From Candidatus Latescibacterota bacterium (GTDB lineage Bacteria; Latescibacterota; UBA2968; GCA-2709665): 64,000 nucleotides of DNA. A program made the position numbers and the translations under genes. Shown here piece by piece: positions 39,076 through 47,489 of the stretch. Every line of letters begins with the position of its first letter. The first letter of the stretch is position 1. Under the pieces are notes generated by a model. It was not told where the DNA came from. It was given only the letters and a program-made list of their open reading frames with translations, and searched no databases. The stretch is from NCBI GenBank assembly GCA_965237675.1, contig OZ250150.1:1792001-1856000 (forward strand), in the 5' to 3' direction.

Positions 39076-39942
39076 ATGGAGAGGGAGAAACGCAGGCTGG
39101 CGTACTTCTATGTTGCCCCGGCCGCCCTCTGGCTGCTTCTGTTTATGGGGTTTCCCATTCTGGATGTGATGGGAACGAGTCTCTATCACACGTCCTATAA
39201 AGGAGAGACGTTTGTCGGGTTGGGGAATTACCTGGGGCTTGTGGCGGACGATCTGTTTTTACTGGTGCTGAAGAATACGGCGCTGTGGACGGCGCTGGCG
39301 GTGACGATGAATGTGGGGCTGGGGCTGGGCGTGGCGCTGCTGTTGAGCCGGGGGTCGGCTTTCAGTGAATGGGTCCGGGGCATGCTGATCCTCGCCTGGG
39401 CTACGCCGCTGGTCGTGGCGGCTATCACCTGGAAATGGATGTACAACGGCGAGTACGGACATTTGAATTCGCTCCTGCTCGGCCTTCACATTATCGACAC
39501 GCCGGTTCAATGGCTGACGGATGCATCAACGGCCTTTGCCGGGGCGCTGGTAGCCCGCTTGTGGACCGCCCTGCCGTTTACGACGTTCGCGTTCCTGTCG
39601 GCGCTGCAGGCGATCCCTGTGGATCTGTACGAAGCGTCTATGATCGACGGGGCCACGGGACTCAGGCGATTCCGGCATATCACGCTGCCGCTGCTGAGAC
39701 CCGTCACCCTGGCGGTCCTGCTGGTCAGCGTTATCTGGTCGTTCAACAGCTTTGTGTTTATCTACGTGATTACGGCGGGAGGACCGGCAAACCAGACCCA
39801 GATTATGGTCACCGAAATCTACCGGCGGGCGTTCGGTTATTTCAACTTCGGGCAGGCCAGCACGTTGACCGTTCTGACATTCTTTCTGCTGCTTGCGATC
39901 AGTATTCTCCAGTGGCGCGTGCTATACAGGAGGGAGATCTAG
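39076..39942 (+). CDS. Sugar ABC permease (MalF-like)
   Basis: FVGLGNY, LYEASMIDGA EAA loop, ITLPLLRP, TAGGP. Confidence 0.92.
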   Translation: MEREKRRLAYFYVAPAALWLLLFMGFPILDVMGTSLYHTSYKGETFVGLGNYLGLVADDLFLLVLKNTALWTALAVTMNVGLGLGVALLLSRGSAFSEWVRGMLILAWATPLVVAAITWKWMYNGEYGHLNSLLLGLHIIDTPVQWLTDASTAFAGALVARLWTALPFTTFAFLSALQAIPVDLYEASMIDGATGLRRFRHITLPLLRPVTLAVLLVSVIWSFNSFVFIYVITAGGPANQTQIMVTEIYRRAFGYFNFGQASTLTVLTFFLLLAISILQWRVLYRREI

Positions 39943-40107
39943 TGTCCGGTCCCGAAAATACCTCACCATTCTTCCGCCGATTCATCCCGTCTCGCTGCGT
40001 TCCCCTCGCTCGCCGACCTTGCGCAGGTCGCCTGCGCTCCGGCGCCTTGCGCGCCGGGCGACTCGGCGGCCGAATCCAGGCAACTTTTTTCCGGGACAGA
40101 ACACCAG
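39939..40107. mobile_element. MITE-like element at CTAG/stop codon (copy 2), open in frame with the next gene
   Basis: TIRs ctagtgtccggtcccgaaaa / ttttccgggacagaacaccag; net 165 bp = 55 codons. Confidence 0.75.
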
Positions 40108-40946
40108 CCGTGGGACGGATCCGCGTGCGGCCTGTCGACGGTTTGAAGGCGCTGCTGATGGTGGGCGTTGCCGCCTTTGCGCTGTTTCCGTTTCTGGTTG
40201 TCGTGGGAACCTCCCTGAAAACGCTGAGCGAGGTGTTTCAATCGCCGGCAACCCTTGTGCCGCGAATTATCGTGTGGCAGAATTACCTGGACATTTTCGT
40301 CCGGATACCGATGGCGCGCCATCTGGTGAACAGTTTGATTATTGCCACGGGAACGACGGTTCTGAACATCACGACCGCGGCGCCGGCGGCCTACGCCATG
40401 GCCCGCATCAGGTTCCGGGGGCGCGGGGTGTTCGGTCTGGGTATCCTTGTGATGCAGATGTTTTCACCCGTGATCGTCCTGATACCCCTGTTCAAGATGA
40501 TGAAGGCGCTCAATCTTCTGGATACCTACGGTGGCCTGATTCTGGTGAATACCGCCGTCACCCTGCCGTTCTCGATCTGGTTGTTGGCCGGGTTCTTCAA
40601 ACGTATTCCCGAAGAACTGGAAGATGCCGCGATGATCGACGGCCTCTCCAGGACGGGGATGCTGTTCAGGATCGCCCTGCCGCTGACGGGGCCGGGACTG
40701 GCAACGACCGCCATTTTTACGTTCGTGACCGCCTGGAACGAGTTCATCTTCGCCCTGGTGCTGGTCTCCAGAAGGGAGATGCAGCCGATTACGATGGCAC
40801 TCTATTCGTGGGAAAAGAACAATGTAGTGGAATGGAACTATCTGATGGCGACCGCTGTCGTGGCGACCATTCCCACCGTGCTGCTGTTTCTGCTGGTCCG
40901 GAGGCGGCTGACGGCAGGACTGATGTCGGGCGCGGTGAAGTCGTAA
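39942..40946 (+). CDS. Sugar ABC permease (MalG-like); start GTG 39942 (MITE-extended) or GTG 40110
   Basis: TSLK, WQNY, AAYAMAR, IPEELEDAAMIDG, AWNEF. Confidence 0.9.
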   Translation: MSGPENTSPFFRRFIPSRCVPLARRPCAGRLRSGALRAGRLGGRIQATFFRDRTPAVGRIRVRPVDGLKALLMVGVAAFALFPFLVVVGTSLKTLSEVFQSPATLVPRIIVWQNYLDIFVRIPMARHLVNSLIIATGTTVLNITTAAPAAYAMARIRFRGRGVFGLGILVMQMFSPVIVLIPLFKMMKALNLLDTYGGLILVNTAVTLPFSIWLLAGFFKRIPEELEDAAMIDGLSRTGMLFRIALPLTGPGLATTAIFTFVTAWNEFIFALVLVSRREMQPITMALYSWEKNNVVEWNYLMATAVVATIPTVLLFLLVRRRLTAGLMSGAVKS

Positions 40947-40972
40947 GCGCGTTGTGTCCTCAATTCCGGCGG

Positions 40973-42088
40973 TTATCCGAGGTTATCGCACAGCAGCGCG
41001 GCTCCGGTCTCCCGGTCGAAGAGGTGTAAAGCGGAGAGGTCGAACGCCGGGTGAACCTCCTCGTTCACCGACGGTGTCCGGTCTGCGGACACCCGGGCGA
41101 CACAGGAGGCGCGCCCAACGGTGAGGTAAAGATAGGTTTCGTGTCCCATCGGTTCGACCACTTCGACTTTCGCGGTGACTTCCTCCGCTTCCCTGAACCC
41201 GTGGGCCGAAGACCCGAAGGAGATGTGTTCGGGGCGGATTCCCAGGGTAACCCGCCGGCCGACGTGGTTCTTCAAGCGGTCGTGGAATCGTTTCAGGATG
41301 GAGAGGCGCACGGCGTCTCCAGAGAACACCAGGCCACCATCATGAATGAGTACGCCCTCCAGAAAATTCATCGAAGGACTGCCGAGAAAACCCGCGACGA
41401 ACTGGTTCGCCGGGCGCTGGTAGAGATTGATCGGAGCGCCGATCTGCTGAATTCGACCGTCTCGCATCACAACGAGCCGGTCTCCCATGGTCATCGCCTC
41501 GACCTGGTCGTGGGTGACGTAGATCATCGTGGTGCCGAGCCGGGTATGCAGCTTGGCGAGTTCGGTTCGCATTTGAACCCTCAGCCTGGCGTCCAGGTTG
41601 GACAGGGGCTCGTCGAAGAGGAAGGCCTTCGGTTTGCGAACGATAGCCCTGCCTACGGCCACCCGCTGGCGTTGTCCTCCCGACAACTCCTTCGGCTTCC
41701 GGTCCAGCAGGTCTGCAATTCCCAGGTTGTCCGCCGCCGCCCGCACCCGGGCGTCGATCTCGGTTTTCGGATATTTTCTCAGTTTCAGCCCGAAGGCCAT
41801 GTTTTCGTAGACGGCCATGTGGGGGTAGAGGGCGTAGTTCTGGAAGACCATCGCGATGTTCCGGTCTTTGGGAGGGAGGTCGTTCGCCACGCTTCCGTCA
41901 ATGTAGATTTCTCCCCCGGTCACTTCCTCCAGGCCGGCAACCAGTCGGAGGGTGGTCGATTTTCCGCATCCCGAAGGCCCGACCAGCACCACGAACTCCC
42001 CATCGTCAACGTGGAGGCTGAAGTCCTCTACCGCTACGGTGTTCCTGTTGTAGATCTTCCGGACGTTTTCAAGGGTTACGGTTGCCAT
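40973..42088 (-). CDS. Sugar ABC ATP-binding protein (MalK/UgpC/MsmX family)
   Basis: GPSGCGKST, LSGGQRQR, FLFDEPLSNLD, TOBE-type C-terminus. Confidence 0.95.
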   Translation of the reverse strand: MATVTLENVRKIYNRNTVAVEDFSLHVDDGEFVVLVGPSGCGKSTTLRLVAGLEEVTGGEIYIDGSVANDLPPKDRNIAMVFQNYALYPHMAVYENMAFGLKLRKYPKTEIDARVRAAADNLGIADLLDRKPKELSGGQRQRVAVGRAIVRKPKAFLFDEPLSNLDARLRVQMRTELAKLHTRLGTTMIYVTHDQVEAMTMGDRLVVMRDGRIQQIGAPINLYQRPANQFVAGFLGSPSMNFLEGVLIHDGGLVFSGDAVRLSILKRFHDRLKNHVGRRVTLGIRPEHISFGSSAHGFREAEEVTAKVEVVEPMGHETYLYLTVGRASCVARVSADRTPSVNEEVHPAFDLSALHLFDRETGAALLCDNLG

Positions 42089-42211
42089 CCTGTCCTTGCT
42101 CCCGGTGAGATGTGAGGGTCGAATTAAACTAAGCATATCCATTCAGAATAACAAGCTCCCCGAGATTCTTCCGGGGCTTTTGCTCCGTACATTTGACATG
42201 AGGGTATTCCA

Positions 42212-45200
42212 TTGGCCAGGAAAAGGATCGAGATGCTGAAGGAGTTGCATCTCATCACAGACCTCCGGGAAGGGGCTGAGATCGTCGCTCCGGCGGACTC
42301 AGGCTGGGCGACCCTGGGCCGGCGGATGCAGGAGATGATCCGGGCGCATGCGGGTGTGGATCTGCCGATTGTGGAGGCGGCCGGCCTGTCGCCCCTGCCT
42401 GCGGGTCGCCACCGGGTACTGCTGGGCAATGCGATGGTCAACGACTCGATGATGGCGCTGTACCGTCGGCAATTAGCGTTTGCGGATGAGTACTATCCGG
42501 GTGGAGACGGGTCTGTGATTCGGACGGTGCACAATCCGGAGAACTGCGGTTTTAACGCGTTGGTGGTGGGGGGCAGCACGGTGGAGGGCGCGGCTGCGGC
42601 GCTGGCGGTGATGGAGGGGATCCTGGTGACGACCGGGGGGCGTCTGGGGTATACGAACCTGGCGCGGTCGGATACGCACGAGGCGCTGTTGCCGAATATG
42701 ACGCCGGCGGCGTTTCGGGAGCGGACGGAGGCGGCGTTTCAGGGCAACGCGGGCCGGGGGCCGATCGAACAGGGGGTGACGTTGGGGCTGGTCCACCACC
42801 TCACGAATGATCCGGACTGCGCCCGGATGTTCAGGGACGTCCTTTTCTACTACGAAGATCTGGTGAAGAACCGCTACGGGGGCGAATGGTGCTTCGAGCA
42901 TATGCTGTTCATCTACGCCTGGACCTGGCGGCTCTTTTGCGTCTGGGACCTTATTGAGGAGAGCGACGCGTTTACGGATGCGGAACGCCTCCGGATGACC
43001 AACCTGCTCTGGGGGTTGACGCACTATGTGGCGGGGCTGGGTTATTTCGCGGGAGAGGAGCCGCCGCCCCTGGAGATCCGGCAGAACCATCCGACGTTTG
43101 CAGGGCTGAGCATGTCGTCCAGCGCGGGATATTTCAAGGCTTACTACGGGGTCGAGGATTTCGAAAAAGAACGCCGCTTCTGCCGGGCGATTTTCGACGG
43201 CCAGGCCGATTGTTACAAGCCCAACGACGACGGGGGAGGCGGGGGATACTGCTGGCTGGTGCCGAACCACCAGATGACTTACGATCTGAAACGGGATGAC
43301 TTTCGCTTCTTGAAGGGCGGGCACCTGCGGGAGATCGCAGACTACGCGATTCTGATTACGGACAACCTGGGATCCCCGGTGGGTTTCGGAGACGTGGGTG
43401 CCTATGGCGTGCGCCGAAGCGCTTCGCCGGGGGTGACTGCCACGCTGTGCAAGGCGGCCTGGTACTATGACGACGGGTGTTATCTCTGGGCGCTGGACTG
43501 GATGGGCGGAGCGCCGCGGCACGACTGTTTCTACAAGGCAGTCCCGAAGCGGGTTGCCGACCACATGGCGGGGATAGCGATCGCGCCGTTCAACCGTCCG
43601 CTCTACGAGTGGGTGCAGCAGCACGGTCCGGGCGGGGCGAACGTGCCCGTCCAGGAGGCGTTTGACAAGCTGACGTTGCGGGGCGGTTTCGGGGAGGAGG
43701 ATCTCTACCTGCTGCTGGACGGAACCTCGACGTTCGCGCACGGGCACGAGGATGGTAATTCGATCGAGCGTCTGACGTGGAAGGGGCGGATGTGGCTGGC
43801 GGAGACGGATTATATCTGGAAGCGGCCGAGACACCACTCGTCGGTCGTGTCGATCTGCGACGGAGAAAGCACGGAGATGCCGTCGCTGGTGGCGCTGAAG
43901 TGGGCGGAAGATTTCGGAGATGCCGCGTTTACCCGGACGGTCGTGCCGGATTACAACGGCGTGGACTGGACGCGGGATATCTTCTGGCTGAAAGACAAGT
44001 ACCTGCTGGTTGCGGACTCGCTCAAGCTCCTGACGGACGCGGATTACGATCTGCGGTGCCTGTGGCGGACGCTCGGGGACGTGCGGCAGGACGGGTGCGC
44101 GTTGACCGTGGAACAGGAGGGGGTGTTTTTCCGGATTCAGAACGCGGATGACTCGGACAAGTCTCTGAAGACCGAGGCGTCACGGATTGCAGGACAGGAC
44201 CCCTATAAAGGGTACCCGTATGGGGACGGACCGATCCGGATCTTCCAGCAGCGCAAGACGCTTCACGGGCAGGCCGGAGACGTGGAGCGGTATTTCAACC
44301 TGATGGTGGCCGGGTCGAAGGCGGAAATCAACGCGTCTCGAATGGAGCGGATCGGAGAGGGTATGGTACGGATACAAGGTCCGGACGGCCCGGTGGTCTT
44401 CGGAGTGGGGGTGGATGGGGTGCAGGTGGGCGGGATACGGATTGATGCACGGGTGGACCATGACAAAATCAGGTTTCTGGAAACGGATGGGTCCGGGTCT
44501 CCTTACATACACCGGCGGGCGCCCGCGGAGGACCGTTTCGTCCCGAAGAAGGAGCCGGCGCTCAGGGCGGTATGGGAGGCCGATGTGGGTGGTGAGGTCC
44601 GGTGCATGGATGTGAGGGGTGAATCGATTGCGGTGGGTACCGCCGGCGGGAAGGTTGTCCTGCTGGACCCTGTCGGGCAGTCGCTATGGTCTCGCGAGAC
44701 AGGCGCTGAAGTGCGCGAGGTGCATCTGGCGGATCTGGGGGAGGGAAAGCTGCTGGCTGGCGGTCGGGACTGCGCGCTGACCCTGTTCGACGGTGGGGGC
44801 ACGGTCTGCTGGAAGCGGGAGTTTATCAAGTCCCACGGCCGGGACCAGATCGTGAACGCGGTGAGGACGGCGGATCTGACGGGAGATGGGCAGAGGGAGG
44901 TCGTGATCGCCACAGACGGGTGGCTGGTGTGGGCGCTGAGTCCGGATGGCGAGGAGATCTGGCAGCGGCAGATCGAACACCACGCGGCGCAGTCGCTGGT
45001 GATCGGAGACGTGGAACGGGACGGTAAGCAGGAGATCCTTGTGGGTACGGAGTACCACACGTCCAATATGCTGGAGGCCGACGGCAGCGTCCGGTGGACG
45101 GTGCGGGGAGGTCCCTGTTTTACCGCGTTGGCGCTCGTGGATCTGAACGGGGACGGGGCGAAGGAATCGGTCTACGGGGCGATGGATGGGAATGTCTACG

Positions 45201-45589
45201 TGGTCGACTCGGTCTCCGGAAAAATCCTGTGGACGGCGAATCTGGGAGATGATGTCCGTTACGGAGTTGTGGCGAAGGGGGTCGGTTTGGTGGCGGGGAG
45301 CGAAAGCGGGAACGTGGCGCTGTTGAGCGGCGGGGGAGAAAAGCAGTGGCGCCGGGACCTGAACGCTGCGGTGACCGGACTGGTCCTTCTGGAGTCGGGC
45401 GGAGAGAAGTTGATCGTTGCGGGGACTTCCGACGGATGGATCGTGCTGCTGTCACTCAAGGGAGAAATCCTCGGGAGCCACCGCGGGGATGGGGGAGTGA
45501 CGGCGCTGGCCGGCCTGAATCTTGCGGAGGGGTCAGGCCTTCTGGTGGGCACGGACATGGGCGTGGTGACGGCGCTGAGTCGGGTATGA
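42212..45589 (+). CDS. Heparinase II/III-like + beta-propeller family, paralogue 5
   Basis: YPGGDG..IRTVHNP, RQNH, KPNDD, FDKL..RGGF...YLLLDG...HGHEDGNS; DLxGDG repeats; TTG start (or ATG 42233). Confidence 0.7.
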   Translation: MARKRIEMLKELHLITDLREGAEIVAPADSGWATLGRRMQEMIRAHAGVDLPIVEAAGLSPLPAGRHRVLLGNAMVNDSMMALYRRQLAFADEYYPGGDGSVIRTVHNPENCGFNALVVGGSTVEGAAAALAVMEGILVTTGGRLGYTNLARSDTHEALLPNMTPAAFRERTEAAFQGNAGRGPIEQGVTLGLVHHLTNDPDCARMFRDVLFYYEDLVKNRYGGEWCFEHMLFIYAWTWRLFCVWDLIEESDAFTDAERLRMTNLLWGLTHYVAGLGYFAGEEPPPLEIRQNHPTFAGLSMSSSAGYFKAYYGVEDFEKERRFCRAIFDGQADCYKPNDDGGGGGYCWLVPNHQMTYDLKRDDFRFLKGGHLREIADYAILITDNLGSPVGFGDVGAYGVRRSASPGVTATLCKAAWYYDDGCYLWALDWMGGAPRHDCFYKAVPKRVADHMAGIAIAPFNRPLYEWVQQHGPGGANVPVQEAFDKLTLRGGFGEEDLYLLLDGTSTFAHGHEDGNSIERLTWKGRMWLAETDYIWKRPRHHSSVVSICDGESTEMPSLVALKWAEDFGDAAFTRTVVPDYNGVDWTRDIFWLKDKYLLVADSLKLLTDADYDLRCLWRTLGDVRQDGCALTVEQEGVFFRIQNADDSDKSLKTEASRIAGQDPYKGYPYGDGPIRIFQQRKTLHGQAGDVERYFNLMVAGSKAEINASRMERIGEGMVRIQGPDGPVVFGVGVDGVQVGGIRIDARVDHDKIRFLETDGSGSPYIHRRAPAEDRFVPKKEPALRAVWEADVGGEVRCMDVRGESIAVGTAGGKVVLLDPVGQSLWSRETGAEVREVHLADLGEGKLLAGGRDCALTLFDGGGTVCWKREFIKSHGRDQIVNAVRTADLTGDGQREVVIATDGWLVWALSPDGEEIWQRQIEHHAAQSLVIGDVERDGKQEILVGTEYHTSNMLEADGSVRWTVRGGPCFTALALVDLNGDGAKESVYGAMDGNVYVVDSVSGKILWTANLGDDVRYGVVAKGVGLVAGSESGNVALLSGGGEKQWRRDLNAAVTGLVLLESGGEKLIVAGTSDGWIVLLSLKGEILGSHRGDGGVTALAGLNLAEGSGLLVGTDMGVVTALSRV

Positions 45590-45727
45590 TGCGTTCGGGT
45601 TGGCAATCGGGATGGTCGAGGGGCTGCGCCCTCGCCGCTGCATTGGTGGTTTCATGGGGATCGAGTTCTGAGGGTGAACGTGTGAATATCCGGGAATTGC
45701 TGGGAGACCGGGGGATCAGCGAGGCGC
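44093..45727 (+). repeat. Long direct repeat, copy 1 (duplicated at 46731-47627)
   Basis: Colinear at offset 2638, then 1900 after a 738-bp deletion in copy 2. Confidence 0.9.
45586..45727 (+). pseudogene. Truncated duplicate of the first 142 bp of gene 47486-50239
   Basis: MMRSGWQSGW...ISEA near-identical, then abruptly diverges. Confidence 0.85.
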
Positions 45728-45809
45728 AGATGTCGATATCTCTGGAGTGGAAGTCAAGGTCGCTTAGACGAATGGTTTGGGCCGTTATTATTTTTCGAGT
45801 CGGGATAGG

Positions 45810-46178
45810 TCATTTGTCAGGCGATTCACTCTTTCGCCCCGCAACGTCCAGCAATTTCGTCACGTCCGCATAGAGATTATGCAGGTTTTCGTCTATTATT
45901 CCCCACACGATTGTGTGATCAACGCTGTTGTAATCATGCGCGAGTATATTTCTAAATGAAATGATACTGCGATGATCCCGTATTCTGTCGAGTATTTGCG
46001 CATTATTTCGTCTTATTTTGTTCAGGGCTTCACCGATTATTTCGAATTTTCGTTCGACTCCACTCTTGAGCAGTTCGTCTTCTTGATAGTCGTCATAGGT
46101 CTTGTCCTGGACGAACTTGAGGATTGCCGAGGTCGCATCTTTGATGTCGTAGAGATATTTGAGTATCTCAGCGTCCAT
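45810..46178 (-). CDS. HepT/DUF86 HEPN ribonuclease toxin
   Basis: YLYDI, ERKFEIIGEA, FRNILAHDY (Rx4HxY), IVWGII; low GC. Confidence 0.9.
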   Translation of the reverse strand: MDAEILKYLYDIKDATSAILKFVQDKTYDDYQEDELLKSGVERKFEIIGEALNKIRRNNAQILDRIRDHRSIISFRNILAHDYNSVDHTIVWGIIDENLHNLYADVTKLLDVAGRKSESPDK

Positions 46179-46464
46179 AGATGTTTACCCGTTCGTCAAG
46201 GATGGTGCGACGAAAGTAGGGGTTCTTGAGTCCGTTGAAAGTAAGTAGATCGACTCTGCAATTTAACGTATCCTCAAGATGGTGAAGAAGCCCGAAAAAC
46301 CTTTTTGAAGGGAGTATAGCAGGGTCCTCGAATTCCACTATCAGATCCACGTCGCTGATAGCAGTTCCCTGGCCTCGGCTCAGAGATCCAAAAAGGTCCA
46401 ATCTTTTTACCCTGAATTCCCGACACGCTGGACCAGCGATTTCTTTTATTTTTTCTATTGTCAC
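46168..46464 (-). CDS. MNT antitoxin (MntA-like)
   Basis: LFGSLSRG...SDVDLIVEF, VDLLT; overlaps the HEPN gene. Confidence 0.88.
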   Translation of the reverse strand: MTIEKIKEIAGPACREFRVKRLDLFGSLSRGQGTAISDVDLIVEFEDPAILPSKRFFGLLHHLEDTLNCRVDLLTFNGLKNPYFRRTILDERVNIYGR

Positions 46465-46730
46465 AGGCAGGAATCTCCGAATTGTGATAAAAATGCTGTA
46501 ACGCTAAAGATACGCGAATCGACGCGAACTGTCACGCACATTTCATGCATACAGACGTAAAATCCGTACCGAAAGTCTGTGTCATCTTTTCTTTTGCGGA
46601 TCTTCATGGGACAGACGATTCTTTCTTGCTGGACGTCACGTGCTTCGGAGGCCACGGTCGGCGGTTACATGTCTATTGAAATGCAGGAAGCGCAACGAAG
46701 AAGCTTCCTGTTTGTGATTGTTACCCGAAG

Positions 46731-47489
46731 GGGTGCGGGTTGACCGTGGAGCAGGAGGGGGTGTTCTTCCGGATTCAGAACGCGGATGACTCGGACAAGT
46801 CTCTGAAGACCGAGGCGTCACGGATTGCAGGACAGGACCCCTATAAAGGGTACCCGTATGTGGATGGTCCGATCCGGATTTTCCAGCAGCGCAAGACGCT
46901 TCACGGGCAGGCCGGAAATGTGGAACGGTATTTCAATCTGCTTGTTGCAGGGGCGGAAGCGGAAGTCAACGCGTGTCGAATGGAGCGGATCGGAGAGGGT
47001 ATGGTACGGATAGAAGGCCCGGACGGTCCGGTGGTTTTCGGGGTGGGGGAGGATGGGGTGCAGGTGGGCGGCTTAAGGATTGATGCGCGGGTGGAGCGTG
47101 ACAAAATCAGGTTTCTGGAACCGGTCGGGTCAGGGTCTCCTTACATACACCGGCGGGCGCCCGCGGAGGACCGTTTCGTCCCGAAGAAGGAGCCGGCGCT
47201 CAGGGCGGTATGGGAGGCCGATGCGGGAGGTGAGGTCCGGTGCATGGATGTGAGGGGTGAATCGATTGCGGTGACCGGCCTGGTCCTTCTGGAGTCGGGC
47301 GAAGAGGAGTTGATCGTCGCGGGGAGTTCCGAAGGATGGATTGTATTCCTGTCCCTTGAGGGAGAAGTCGTCGGGAGCCACCGGCTGAACGGGGGGGTGA
47401 CAGCGCTGGCCGGCCTGAATCTTGCGGACGGGTCAGGCCTTCTGGTGGGCACGGACAGGGGCGTGGTGACGGCGCTGAGTCGGGTATGA
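46731..47489 (+). pseudogene. Partial, internally deleted duplicate of the paralogue 5 3' half
   Basis: No native start; 738-bp in-frame deletion at a tgcggtg microhomology. Confidence 0.85.

Noticed and set aside
39369-39941. 525-aa permease with a long N-terminus
   Set aside because: The upstream part overlaps the MalF-like gene out of frame; the real start is 39942 or 40110.
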